Assembly: GCA_016191105.1 (NCBI GenBank)
Contig: JACPPH010000002.1
Span: 67,268-131,267 of the forward strand
Source of the DNA: Candidatus Saccharimonadota bacterium
GTDB taxonomy: Bacteria; Patescibacteriota; Saccharimonadia; CAILAD01; BJGX01
Direction of reading: 5' to 3'
Length of the DNA stretch: 64,000 bases
Part shown: one piece after another, positions 37,188-47,131 of the stretch
Position numbering within the stretch: the first letter of the stretch is position 1
How the letters are laid out: every line of letters starts with the position of its first letter
Notes under the pieces: model-generated
What the model saw: only the letters and a program-made list of their open reading frames with translations
The model's database searches: none
Told to the model about the DNA's origin: nothing
Made by a program: the position numbers and the translations under genes

Positions 37188-37561
37188 AAAAACAAGTTAA
37201 AACCGACAAGGCGCCAAAAGCTGATCATATTTTGTCCCAGGCCCTCATAAGCGGCAGTACTATTTATGTAGCTGGCCAGGTACATGTTAAGCCTGATAAT
37301 TCCTTGGTTGAAGGCTCAACGGCCGATAAGATGAAGCAGATTATGAATAACATCGAAGAAATTCTAAAGGCTGCGGGTTCAAGTTTGAACGATGTAGCGA
37401 AAGTTGTTATTTATGTTACCGATATGGCGACCATGCCAGAACTAAACGAAGTTTATCCAAGCTACTTTAGTGAGCCATACCCGGTCCGCGAAGCCGTGTG
37501 TGTGAGTTCATTGCCACTCGGTGCTAGCATTGAAATTAGTGTAATTGCGGAGGCTAAATGA
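37184..37561 (+). CDS. ridA: RidA/YjgF family protein
   Basis: 'APKADHILSQALISGSTIYVAGQV'. Confidence 0.85.
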   Translation: MKKQVKTDKAPKADHILSQALISGSTIYVAGQVHVKPDNSLVEGSTADKMKQIMNNIEEILKAAGSSLNDVAKVVIYVTDMATMPELNEVYPSYFSEPYPVREAVCVSSLPLGASIEISVIAEAK

Positions 37562-38280
37562 AAAGAGCATTTGTAACAGGCGCGTCAAAAGGAATTGGGC
37601 TGGCCATTATAGATAAACTAGCATTAGGGGGGGGCTGCGAGGTTGTTGGCACTTATAATTCGACCAAGCCAAAAGAGCAGGATAATATAAAGTACGTCAA
37701 AGTTGATCTTTCCAATCGAACAGAGTTACTTGAAGCCCTAGAGAGCCTAAAACCAGAAAAATTTGATTATATTGTAAATTGTGCCGGACTGTTCGGGTAA
37801 GAAAGCGTGGAACTATTTGATCTTAATAAATGGGATCGATCACTAGAGGTTATGCTAACGGCTCCATATATTGTGGTTGAAGCTCTTAACCACAATATGC
37901 CATGGGGCAGTGCGGTAGTTAACATTGTTAGTAATGACGCAGCGACAGGTGCTTTTGTTGGCTTTGCTTACTCTGCCGCAAAGTCAGGGCTAATCAGCCT
38001 GACCAAAAGTCTAGGTAATGTACTGGGCTATAAAGGAATACGCGTAAATGCTATCGCGCCAGGCTGGATTGATACTGACATGGGGCCTGAGAACGATGTT
38101 ATTAAGAAAGCTGCTGAAGAAGTCACTCCTCTTGGTAGGATTGGCAGACCCGAAGAGATTGCAGAGACTGCGACATTTCTTTTGTCTGACAAGGCCTCTT
38201 TTATAAATGGAGCAGTTATTTTTGAGGATGGCGGGCAGAGCAACGTTGACTACACTCTTTATAAAGAATGGAAAAGCTAG
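37558..38280 (+). pseudogene. SDR-family oxidoreductase interrupted by an in-frame TAA (37798-37800)
   Basis: ORFs 37558..37800 and 37807..38280 are in the same frame. Together they read as a continuous SDR: 'TGASKGIGLAI', '..NCAGLFG*ESVELFDLNKWDRS..', 'YSAAKSG', 'IRVNAIAPGWIDTDM'. Confidence 0.65.
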
Positions 38281-39020
38281 TACAGTCTACTGTAATATCT
38301 CAGCTGTTCGTAGTAGCGGTCACCAATCTTAGTTTCATCAACATATTCTTGCACGTGTTCAGATTCGATAACGCTAGGGCAGCAGTTGAGAGCCTCGGCC
38401 TTTTTATCGACATAATCTGTAACATCAAAGTAAACCCGACAAGGGTGCTCGTATGAGTCGGCGTAGAGCACCTCTGTAACGGTGTGAGGCTCAAGCTTTT
38501 GGAGTTGGTCTGGAAAGAAGGCTCGGTCGCGAGAGTAGGGGTAGATGGCATCGGTTGTAACTAGGGCAGTGTCTCGGTGATCGCGATGGTTAACCCAGCG
38601 CACGCCGTCTTTGCTCGAGAAAGTGTTAATAACCTCGTCTGGATTGTGGGTGATTACAATATCTGGTTTAAATTCGCGTATATGCCAAGCAATTTTCTCG
38701 ATGTTATTTAGGCTATTCTCGAATTCGCCATCGGGTACATCCAAATTAAAGTTTTCGCCCACAGGAATTCCTAGCACGGCGGCAGCTTTTTGCTGTTCTT
38801 GCTTGCGGCCTTCGCCAAAAGCTGTGGGATCGGTTTTAGAGGCGCCAACGCCTTTCTCGCCATTGGTTGTAACCACTAAGCGGACTTTTTTACCGTCAGT
38901 GGTTAATCTAGCTACCAAACCACCACAAATAACCTCGTTATCATCGGGGTGGGCGGCTACAACCAAAATTCGCTTTTTATGTTTGAACACATCATTGTAG
39001 GAATCTTTAATCTCGCTCAT
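38277..39020 (-). CDS. PIG-L/LmbE family deacetylase
   Basis: 'ILVVAAHPDDNEVICGG' and 'HRDHRDT'. Confidence 0.8.
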   Translation of the reverse strand: MSEIKDSYNDVFKHKKRILVVAAHPDDNEVICGGLVARLTTDGKKVRLVVTTNGEKGVGASKTDPTAFGEGRKQEQQKAAAVLGIPVGENFNLDVPDGEFENSLNNIEKIAWHIREFKPDIVITHNPDEVINTFSSKDGVRWVNHRDHRDTALVTTDAIYPYSRDRAFFPDQLQKLEPHTVTEVLYADSYEHPCRVYFDVTDYVDKKAEALNCCPSVIESEHVQEYVDETKIGDRYYEQLRYYSRLY

Positions 39021-39022
39021 AG

Positions 39023-39514
39023 CTATACCTTAAATACTATCCCGGCGATGATGCCCACTGCGGCCGAAAGTCCACCAATAACTATAACCTCTAGGCTAGC
39101 GCGCAGGGCACTCTTGTGGGTAATCACGCCTTTGTAAACGCCAAGCAAGGCAAGGGCAACAAGCGCCAGGCCAACACTGGCATAAATAGCGTGCGGATGC
39201 GGCAAAAAAAGATAGGGCAGCAGTGGCAAAAAACCAGCCACAACATATGCTATAGCGATTACTAGGGCGCTTAGGTAGGGGTTGGCCGGATGTTTGGAGT
39301 GTTCAATATCGTCGTCAATTTGGGCGCTAATAAACTCGCTGGCACTTCCCGAAATACTCTGGACAGCTATTACTACGACGGCGCTCAAAAGCAAGGCTGC
39401 CTTATCTGACGTACCAACAGCCATGCCAGCCAGCACCCCGGTTGTGCTTACCAAGCTATCTTCGAATCCGAAGAAGCTGCTACGTACGTATTCGCCCGAT
39501 ACGATCGTCTTCAT
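39023..39514 (-). CDS. VIT1/CCC1-family membrane protein (putative Fe/Mn transporter)
   Basis: 'GFEDSLVSTTGVLAGMAVG' and 'SGSASEFISAQ'. Confidence 0.6.
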   Translation of the reverse strand: MKTIVSGEYVRSSFFGFEDSLVSTTGVLAGMAVGTSDKAALLLSAVVVIAVQSISGSASEFISAQIDDDIEHSKHPANPYLSALVIAIAYVVAGFLPLLPYLFLPHPHAIYASVGLALVALALLGVYKGVITHKSALRASLEVIVIGGLSAAVGIIAGIVFKV

Positions 39515-39744
39515 ACATTCTAAGTATACGTGAACACTAGTTTGTCGTCATCCTCGAATCGATACGAAGTATTCGATGTCGGAGATCCAGAACGATATTA
39601 GCTAGATCTTCGCCTACAGGGGAATGATGGGGTGTTGAATAAATAAAATGCATTCGTGTTTTGTCCGGTAAATAGATATTATGCTTATATTAAAGCAAAA
39701 GTAAGCATAAGAAAATACTAAAAAAGTAGTGAAAAAGGGTTTAC

Positions 39745-39796
39745 AGTGGGTAAGTGCGGGTAGTATACTGGATGTAGTGGGTAACAGTGGGTAAGG
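39745..39796 (+). promoter_or_regulatory. phased direct repeats AGTGGGTAA (x3, plus degenerate copies, period about 12 bp) upstream of mraZ: candidate MraZ operator
   Basis: Copies at 39745, 39775 and 39787, with a GCGGGTAG variant at 39757. E. coli MraZ binds GTGGG direct repeats. Confidence 0.5.
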
Positions 39797-39811
39797 AAAA
39801 CACAGCAACAG

Positions 39812-40180
39812 ATGGACTACTTCGAACGCAAACTTGACGACAAAAATAGGTTGACCATCCCCAAAGAAATTCGCCTAGAGCTAGGCGAGAAAATTGTAGT
39901 TACCCGGGGATTTGGAAAATACCTGCACCTTTACTCTGAACGGGTCTGGAACACCGAAATGGAAAATGCCTTAAAAGGCGACATATTAGATGAGCGCACA
40001 GCTGATCTGAACGTTCGCTTCCGAATGGGCAAGTCCGAACCGGTAATGGATCAAAAGCAAGGGAGAATCACCCTAGAAGCTCATCAACTGGCCTACGCAG
40101 GCATCGCTCGCGATGTTGTAGCCGTGCGAGTTGGCAACTACTGGCGCTTAACAGCCGCCGAAACCGCCGCTCAAGTCTAG
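39812..40180 (+). CDS. mraZ: transcriptional regulator MraZ
   Basis: Two DxxxR motifs: 'KLDDKNRLTIPKEIR' and 'DQKQGRITL'. Confidence 0.8.
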   Translation: MDYFERKLDDKNRLTIPKEIRLELGEKIVVTRGFGKYLHLYSERVWNTEMENALKGDILDERTADLNVRFRMGKSEPVMDQKQGRITLEAHQLAYAGIARDVVAVRVGNYWRLTAAETAAQV

Positions 40181-40486
40181 TTGATGAGGTTTTAGGCAAA
40201 AGCTTAAAACAGTACTTTCAAAACCAAAACAAAAATTCAAAACCAAAAATCAAAGTTAGCTATTTGGCAGTCAGTGAGCGTTCCACGGAGGGTGACGCTT
40301 GATATAAAATACTCCTAGAACCTATGACCAAACACAAAACTCCACCTCACAAACTCTATAAGGACTTATTTACAAGTCCTTGCCACAAAATGCTAGTGCC
40401 AATCGGACTTTTTGGCTCTAGCGCTTTAAATTACCAAAAAACAAACACAAAAACCAACAACTGGCTGCTAAATAGGTAACCTTGAC

Positions 40487-41386
40487 ATGAAAAAGATGCA
40501 ACACATACCGGTGTTATTAGGTGAAGTCTTAGAAGTTTTGAAGCCAAAAGCAGGTAACAGATTTGCAGATTTTACGGCTGGATATGGTGGGCACAGCACC
40601 AAGCTACTAAAAGCCGTTGGCAAACATGGCTTTGGCTATCTGTTCGATCAAGACCCGGCCGCAATCCAGCACTTGGCGCAGCAGCTTAAAGACCATCAGA
40701 ATGTGGTGATCAAGCAAGCCAACTTTGGCGATCTAGATTGGGTGAACGATCTGCCAACCGTCGATATAATGCTAGTTGATCTGGGCGTAAGTTCGCCTCA
40801 GCTCGATACGCCGCGGCGCGGCTTTAGCTTTCGGCAAGACGGCCCGCTCGATATGAGAATGGACACTCAACAAAGCTTAACCGCAGCCGAGATTGTAAAC
40901 ACTTATCGCGAAAGGGAACTAGCTGATCTGATTTATTGCTATGGCGAGGAGCGCCGATCACGACAAATTGCCAAGGCAGTTGTCGAGGCACGGACCGAAG
41001 CACCAATTGAGACTACTCTACAGCTAGCCGACATTGTTCATGCGGTAATGCCGAAGGGCAAGATCGATTCAGCCACCCGAACCTTTCAGGCCTTGCGAAT
41101 AGCCGTAAACGACGAAATCGGCGCTTTAGAAAGTTTTTTGCAGAACTTCCCGGCCAAATTAGCACCCGGTGGTAGAATTGCGATCGTAAGTTTTCATAGC
41201 CTAGAAGATAGGCTAGTAAAACAAACTTTTAAAATTCTAAGCACACCAACCCAGGATCAATTCGGACAAGTTGCATCAAAACCCCAGTTTAAGCTGGTTA
41301 CCAAGAAGCCAATAGTGGTCAATGAATATGATTTGAACCCACGAGCTCGCTCTGGCAAGTTGCGAGCCGTCGAAAAGATTAATTAA
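40487..41386 (+). CDS. rsmH: 16S rRNA (cytosine1402-N4)-methyltransferase RsmH
   Basis: 'HIPVLLGEVLE', 'DFTAGYGGHS', 'DLGVSSPQLD'. Confidence 0.9.
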   Translation: MKKMQHIPVLLGEVLEVLKPKAGNRFADFTAGYGGHSTKLLKAVGKHGFGYLFDQDPAAIQHLAQQLKDHQNVVIKQANFGDLDWVNDLPTVDIMLVDLGVSSPQLDTPRRGFSFRQDGPLDMRMDTQQSLTAAEIVNTYRERELADLIYCYGEERRSRQIAKAVVEARTEAPIETTLQLADIVHAVMPKGKIDSATRTFQALRIAVNDEIGALESFLQNFPAKLAPGGRIAIVSFHSLEDRLVKQTFKILSTPTQDQFGQVASKPQFKLVTKKPIVVNEYDLNPRARSGKLRAVEKIN

Positions 41387-41643
41387 ACAAAAACAAAAGG
41401 AGGGCATATGACCTTAGTCATCAAAAACCGCACCCCACACGCACGCAAAGTCAAAGTGCGCGTAAAGTAACTCTTAGTTAAGAATTAAACGCTAGACGAT
41501 AGGGAAGAGAAGAGTATGACAGGACTTAAAACTTGAGATTGTCATTAAAGAAAGACCGAAAGATTAGACGCAACAGACCTGAATCACAACAGCCAAAAAT
41601 AAAAACAAACACAAAATTTTAAAAAACAAAAAAGGAGAACCAA

Positions 41644-41979
41644 GTGAGCACAGCAACAGCAACGCTTAGGCGCAATCAAAATCTAACCCGCACCAGTACC
41701 CAATTACAGTCTGGACCAGTAACTACCACGCTTCTTCTAATTGGACTTATCATTGTTTTGGCGCTACTATATCTAAATCAGGTAACCAAGACGTCGACTT
41801 TTAATTATCGGATTTCGAACTTAACTCAGAAGCAGCAACAATTGCAGGGTGAAAAAGAAAACTTACAAATCCAAGCCGCGAGATTGCAGTCAATTTCCGA
41901 AGCTAAGGCTTCGGCCGTGGCCAGCAAGCTCACACCAACCGATACCAAGGCTGTTAGCTTCGCCGACACTAGTCGTTAG
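41644..41979 (+). CDS. ftsL: cell division protein FtsL-like (single TM plus coiled coil)
   Basis: Positioned between rsmH and ftsI. TM helix and a Leu/Gln-rich coiled coil. RBS AAGGAG, GTG start. Confidence 0.6.
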   Translation: MSTATATLRRNQNLTRTSTQLQSGPVTTTLLLIGLIIVLALLYLNQVTKTSTFNYRISNLTQKQQQLQGEKENLQIQAARLQSISEAKASAVASKLTPTDTKAVSFADTSR

Positions 41980-41993
41980 GGAGCGAGGGGGCG

Positions 41994-43739
41994 TTGAGCG
42001 TTAGCGTCTCCGTCCAAACAAACCGCCGCATAATAGTGCTGGCGGCTTTGTTTGTATTATTGGGTCTGCTAATTATTGGTAAGCTAATTTACATACAGGC
42101 TTTTCTAAATCGCAAATATTTAACCCAAGCCAATCAGCAACAATCGCGCAAGTTCGAAATCCCAACCAACCGGGGAGAAATATTTGTACGAGATAGCAAT
42201 GGCTTATACCCAGTGGCGCTCAATCAACGTTTACAAGTTGTAGCGGTTGACCCCAAATTTGTTAAAGACGCTGGTGAAGTGGCCAGTAAATTAGCCCCCA
42301 TACTGGGCCTAAATAGCAACGACATATACGCTAAAATTCGCAATGCAGATAGTCGTTATGTTGAAGTTAAGCAGAGGGTTTCAGATTCTGATGCCAGTAA
42401 AATTCGAGACCTGAATATAGCCGGCGTAATATTGGCTACCAAGGCTTACCGCTATTACCCTGAAGCCAACCTGTTTTCGCATGTACTTGGTTATGTTAAT
42501 GCCGATGGCGAGGGTCAATATGGGTTGGAGCAATATATCAACGAGGACTTAAGTGGTCAAGTTGGGCAGCTTAAGGCCGTAACTGACAGCTTGGGGGTAC
42601 CAATTTCCAGCACTGAAAACACTGCTGTCCAGCCGATTGATGGTACCAGCTATGTACTAACCCTTGACCGCAATATTCAAAATGTGGCTCGCGATGCTTT
42701 AGTCAAAGCGGTCACCGATAACAGGGCTGAATCGGGTAGCATTATAGTTATGGATCCTAAGACTGGCGCTATTAAAGCCATGGTAAGCTACCCCGACTAC
42801 GACCCCAATAACTTTAGCACTGTCGGTGACTATAAGACCTTTGTAAACACGGCCATAACCAGTCTCTACGAACCTGGTTCGGGGTTTAAGATATTCACCA
42901 TGTCGGCCGGGATCAATACCGGCAAGGTTAAGCCAGACACGACATACAATGACACGGGCGAAGTTAAGCTCGGCGACAAGGTGATACGCAATGCCGAAAA
43001 TGGTAAGTTTGGTGTTCAGACTATGGCCGATGTAATCCAGCGCTCACTTAATACTGGTGTGGTGTTTGTATTGCGCCAGCTCGGCGGCGATCCCGATAAG
43101 ATAACCTTAAAGGCTAAACAAACATTAGCCGAATACTTTAAAAAGTTCGGCTTTGGTGAACGCACTGGCATAGAGCTTGCCGACGAGGCTAACTCACCAA
43201 TTAAGCGACCCGAAAAAAGCGCCGATATTGATTATGCTAACATGGCCTTCGGGCAGGGTATTTCGGTCACCAGCATTCAGATGATTACAGCGGCAGCCGC
43301 GATTGCAAATGGTGGCAAGCTCTACCAGCCGCAGATAATTGCCGAATCAATCGCGCCCAACGGCACTATCAAGAAGACTCAACCTAAGCTGATCGACAGT
43401 AACGTCGTTAGTCCTCAAACAGCAGCCCAGGTAGCCCAAATGATGACCCGAGTGGTGCAAAACGGTTCAGGCTGGATGGCTCGCACGACCGGCTACAGTA
43501 TAGCCGGTAAAACAGGGACGGCTCAGGTGCCAAAAGCCGATGGCAGTGGCTACGAAGAAAGCAAAAACATCGGCAGCTTTGTAGGTTTTGCGCCGGTTGA
43601 TGATCCTAAGTTCGTAATGTTGGTTAGAATCGATTACCCGAAAGTTTCGGGATTTGCCGAAACCACAGCTGTGCCGGCCTTTGCGGCTATCGAGCGCACC
43701 CTGTTTGATTATTACAACATCCCGCCAAGGGCGAATTAA
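41994..43739 (+). CDS. ftsI: penicillin-binding protein (FtsI/PBP2-class D,D-transpeptidase)
   Basis: N-terminal TM helix. 'SGFK' (SxxK), 'SLN', 'KTGT'. Confidence 0.85.
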   Translation: MSVSVSVQTNRRIIVLAALFVLLGLLIIGKLIYIQAFLNRKYLTQANQQQSRKFEIPTNRGEIFVRDSNGLYPVALNQRLQVVAVDPKFVKDAGEVASKLAPILGLNSNDIYAKIRNADSRYVEVKQRVSDSDASKIRDLNIAGVILATKAYRYYPEANLFSHVLGYVNADGEGQYGLEQYINEDLSGQVGQLKAVTDSLGVPISSTENTAVQPIDGTSYVLTLDRNIQNVARDALVKAVTDNRAESGSIIVMDPKTGAIKAMVSYPDYDPNNFSTVGDYKTFVNTAITSLYEPGSGFKIFTMSAGINTGKVKPDTTYNDTGEVKLGDKVIRNAENGKFGVQTMADVIQRSLNTGVVFVLRQLGGDPDKITLKAKQTLAEYFKKFGFGERTGIELADEANSPIKRPEKSADIDYANMAFGQGISVTSIQMITAAAAIANGGKLYQPQIIAESIAPNGTIKKTQPKLIDSNVVSPQTAAQVAQMMTRVVQNGSGWMARTTGYSIAGKTGTAQVPKADGSGYEESKNIGSFVGFAPVDDPKFVMLVRIDYPKVSGFAETTAVPAFAAIERTLFDYYNIPPRAN

Positions 43740-43769
43740 AGTAAGTTTTTTGTTAAAATAAGGAAAGAT

Positions 43770-44798
43770 ATGTTTGATAAAGCCCTAGCTATAAGCAGCC
43801 TAACATTTGTACTCACCCAAGCCTTCGTGGCTTTTGTAGTTGCTATGGCATTTACACCGCTTTACACTCACTTTGCTTATAAGTACAAACTCTGGAAGCA
43901 GATCCGCGAAACGGCCGTAACTGGTGAGAAAGCTCCGGTTTTTCACGCCCTGCATGCTGCCAAGCACAAAAAGCCATTTCCAACCATGGCTGGCATCATA
44001 ATGGTTTTAGCTATCACCTTGGTGACAGTAACCCTCAACTGGAGCCGGTCTCAAACCTACTTGCTGGTGTTTGGGTTGGTAGCAGCCGGCAGCGTGGGTT
44101 TGCTCGACGACATTATCAACATTCGCGGCCGTGGTGGTGGGGTGGCCGGCTTGCGTTCGGTAATTAAGTTTTTGTTGATCTTGGGGGTAGCCGCTGTAGG
44201 TGCGTTATATTTCTTCTTTAAGCTCGGCTTTAGCCATATTCATGTACCCGCTGTTGGCAATTTCGACATCGGCTGGCTATATATTCCGCTATTTATTGTG
44301 GTGATAGTAGCAACCTCAAACGCCGTTAATATTACCGATGGGCTCGATGGCCTTTCGGGAGGCCTTCTGTCGCTGGCATTCTTGGCTTATGGCGGGATTG
44401 CCTTCGTTCAGGGCAATATAGGCATAGCTGGTTTTTGCTTGGCAACTGTTGGTGCTGTGTTGGCATACACCTGGTTTAATATCTTTCCGGCCCGCTTTAT
44501 GATGGGCGATGTTGGCTCCTTTGCACTTGGCACAGCGCTTGGCATTGTGGCTATGCTGACCAACTCAGTCTTTGTATTGCCTATAATAGGTGGTGTATTC
44601 GTGCTCGAGGCTGGCTCGAGTTTATTACAAATTTCTTCCAAGAAGTTATTTAGGCGTAAAATCTTTCGCTCTGCGCCGATTCATCATCATCTGGAAGCTC
44701 TAGGCTGGCCAGAAACAAAAGTCACTATGCGGCTTTGGATTGTTGGTGCAGTTTTGGCGTCGCTTGGGCTAGTAATAGGCTTAATTGCGCGTGGCTAA
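43770..44798 (+). CDS. mraY: phospho-N-acetylmuramoyl-pentapeptide transferase
   Basis: 'NAVNITDGLDGL', 'FMMGDVGS', 'PIHHHLE'. Confidence 0.9.
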   Translation: MFDKALAISSLTFVLTQAFVAFVVAMAFTPLYTHFAYKYKLWKQIRETAVTGEKAPVFHALHAAKHKKPFPTMAGIIMVLAITLVTVTLNWSRSQTYLLVFGLVAAGSVGLLDDIINIRGRGGGVAGLRSVIKFLLILGVAAVGALYFFFKLGFSHIHVPAVGNFDIGWLYIPLFIVVIVATSNAVNITDGLDGLSGGLLSLAFLAYGGIAFVQGNIGIAGFCLATVGAVLAYTWFNIFPARFMMGDVGSFALGTALGIVAMLTNSVFVLPIIGGVFVLEAGSSLLQISSKKLFRRKIFRSAPIHHHLEALGWPETKVTMRLWIVGAVLASLGLVIGLIARG

Positions 44799-44808
44799 AT
44801 TTGACACT

Positions 44809-46062
44809 ATGTTTAGCAAGCGGCCGATCAGTGCTAGCCACCACAGCCGCTCGCCGGTTCAGCTAGCTCACCGGCCCGACTATGTAATAAGTGTGCTGGT
44901 TTTGTGCTTAATTGCCATTGGCATGGTTATGATTTACTCTACGGGCTGGATCGCAATTCTAAAACAGACTGGTGGCAGCAACGACACCAACAGCCTGTTT
45001 TATACTCAGCTGGTAACCTTTGCTATCGGTATTTTGCTTTGGTATTCAGCTAGCAAGGTTCACTATAGTGTTTGGCAAAAATACGCCGCTTATATTTTTT
45101 ATGGTTCAGCCGTCCTAATGTTTCTGGTGCTAATACCAGGTATCGGTGTTCAGGTAAATGGGGCATCACGCTGGGTGCGTTTTGGGCCGCTCAACTTTCA
45201 ACCGGTAGAGTTTTTTAAGCTCGGCATAGTACTATATATGGCGGCTTGGGTCGAAAAGAATCGTGGTCATTTGAGCAGCTTATTTGAGGGGTTAGTGCCA
45301 TTTTTGGTTATTATTAGCCTAACAGCCTTTTTGGTGGTTTTGCTGCAAAAAGACATGGGCAGCGCCATGGTGATAGTGGCGGCATGTTTAAGCATATACT
45401 TCGTGTCGGGCGTTAGGCTGCCGATTTTTGCGGCTGGTGTTGGCATTTTGACAAGCTTGAGCGGGCTGCTCATAGTGTTCTTTCCATATCGTTTAAGCCG
45501 ATTTTTAACCTTTTTAAACCAAGCCAACGATACCTCGGGCTCGGCCTATCATATCAACCAGGCTCTTATAGCCCTAGGTTCTGGCGGAATTTTTGGCCGG
45601 GGCTTGGGTAAAAGCTTACAAGCTTATGGTTATTTGCCTGAGTCGACTAACGATTCAATTTTTGCAATCATTGGCGAAGAATTCGGCTTGTTAGGCTGTC
45701 TGGTGGTTGTGTCTTTGTATGGTGGGCTATTGTATAGGGGCTATCGCGTGAGTCGATCTGCGCCCGACAACTTTGCTAAGCTGGTAGCCGTGGGCATTAC
45801 TGCCTGGATTGGTTTTCAGGCCGTATTTAACGTGAGCGCAATGATTGGTTTGATTCCGCTAACGGGCATTACTTTACCATTTGTAAGCTATGGCGGCACT
45901 AGCTTAATTGCCTTGTTGATCGGCATTGGAATCTTGCAAAATATTTCTAAATTTACTCACAAGGAGGTTCGAAGTGAAGATCGTAGTGTCGGGCGGGGGG
46001 ACAGGCGGACATATCGCGCCGATTTTGGCGGTTCTCGAGCAACTGCAAAAACTCGAACCTAA
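44809..46062 (+). CDS. ftsW: SEDS-family peptidoglycan glycosyltransferase FtsW/RodA
   Basis: 10-TM protein with 'GASRW', 'QPVEFFK' and 'IPLTGITLPFVSYGGTS'. The ATG at 44809 is preferred over the TTG at 44785. Confidence 0.85.
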   Translation: MFSKRPISASHHSRSPVQLAHRPDYVISVLVLCLIAIGMVMIYSTGWIAILKQTGGSNDTNSLFYTQLVTFAIGILLWYSASKVHYSVWQKYAAYIFYGSAVLMFLVLIPGIGVQVNGASRWVRFGPLNFQPVEFFKLGIVLYMAAWVEKNRGHLSSLFEGLVPFLVIISLTAFLVVLLQKDMGSAMVIVAACLSIYFVSGVRLPIFAAGVGILTSLSGLLIVFFPYRLSRFLTFLNQANDTSGSAYHINQALIALGSGGIFGRGLGKSLQAYGYLPESTNDSIFAIIGEEFGLLGCLVVVSLYGGLLYRGYRVSRSAPDNFAKLVAVGITAWIGFQAVFNVSAMIGLIPLTGITLPFVSYGGTSLIALLIGIGILQNISKFTHKEVRSEDRSVGRGDRRTYRADFGGSRATAKTRT

Positions 46063-47131
46063 TCTCAAAGTATTATTCGTTGGTTCGGGCAATGAGCTCG
46101 AGAAGAAGATTCTACAAAGCAGTGGCTTTGAATATGTTGCTATTCCGTCGGGTAAGTTTCGGCGCTATGGTCGGGGGTTGGTGCGAGAGGTTTTAGATAT
46201 TAAAACAACTAGTCAAAATATTAAAGATGCCACTCGAGTGGTGCGTGGAATTCGGCAAGCTCGCAAAATATTGAATGGCTTTAAGCCCGATGTGGTATTC
46301 ACCAAGGGCGGCTATGTTGGGTTACCAGTCGGTTTGGCGGCCGCCAAACTGGGCTATCCACTGGTTATTCATGAATCAGATTCGATTTTCGGCAAAGCCA
46401 ATCAAGTTTTGGCTACCAAGGCCACAAAAATAGCCGTAAGTTTTCCGGTCGAAACCTACCAGCTACCAGACAGAGTTGATCGATCTAAACTGATCTACAC
46501 CGGCAATCCAATACGTGGTTCAATATTAAGCGCCTCGCCCGCAGCTGCAGAAAAATTTTTCCCGTTCGACAAAAATAAACCAGTAGTTTTGATTACCGGG
46601 TCTTCACAAGGCGCCCAAGCTATCAACCAGGTAATATTTTCATCGCTAGAAAACCTTTGTAAACATTACAACATTATTCATCTAACGGGTGAGCGCGATA
46701 TTGAGCGAGCCCGCTTTATGCATCACAAACTGCCGGCCGGGCTCAAAACTAGCTATCTACCATTTGGTTTTTTGCAATCAGAAATGGGGCTGGCTTACCA
46801 AAGAGCAGAGGTAGTTGTTGCAAGAGGCAGCATGTCAACACTAACCGAGGTTGCAGCAGTTGGCCGCCCAGCTATCATAATACCACTACCAAGTTCAGCA
46901 GATCAGCCATCTAATGCACGTATATTGGCCAGGTTTGGAGCTATCCGCCTGCTAGAACAAGCCGATCTAACCGAGCTTCGGTTGCGCTCAGAAATTGATC
47001 AGATACTCGAGCACCCCGAAGCAACAAACTACTTGATAAAAACATTTCACAAGTTCTACAAAGCCTATGCTTCAGAACATGTCGCTACGATTCTGCATAA
47101 ATGCGCAACAAAAACTGGAGTAGAAAACTAA
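45974..47131 (+). CDS. murG: undecaprenyldiphospho-muramoylpentapeptide beta-N-acetylglucosaminyltransferase
   Basis: 'KIVVSGGGTGGHIAP'. RBS AAGGAGG, GTG start at 45974. Confidence 0.88.
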   Translation: MKIVVSGGGTGGHIAPILAVLEQLQKLEPNLKVLFVGSGNELEKKILQSSGFEYVAIPSGKFRRYGRGLVREVLDIKTTSQNIKDATRVVRGIRQARKILNGFKPDVVFTKGGYVGLPVGLAAAKLGYPLVIHESDSIFGKANQVLATKATKIAVSFPVETYQLPDRVDRSKLIYTGNPIRGSILSASPAAAEKFFPFDKNKPVVLITGSSQGAQAINQVIFSSLENLCKHYNIIHLTGERDIERARFMHHKLPAGLKTSYLPFGFLQSEMGLAYQRAEVVVARGSMSTLTEVAAVGRPAIIIPLPSSADQPSNARILARFGAIRLLEQADLTELRLRSEIDQILEHPEATNYLIKTFHKFYKAYASEHVATILHKCATKTGVEN

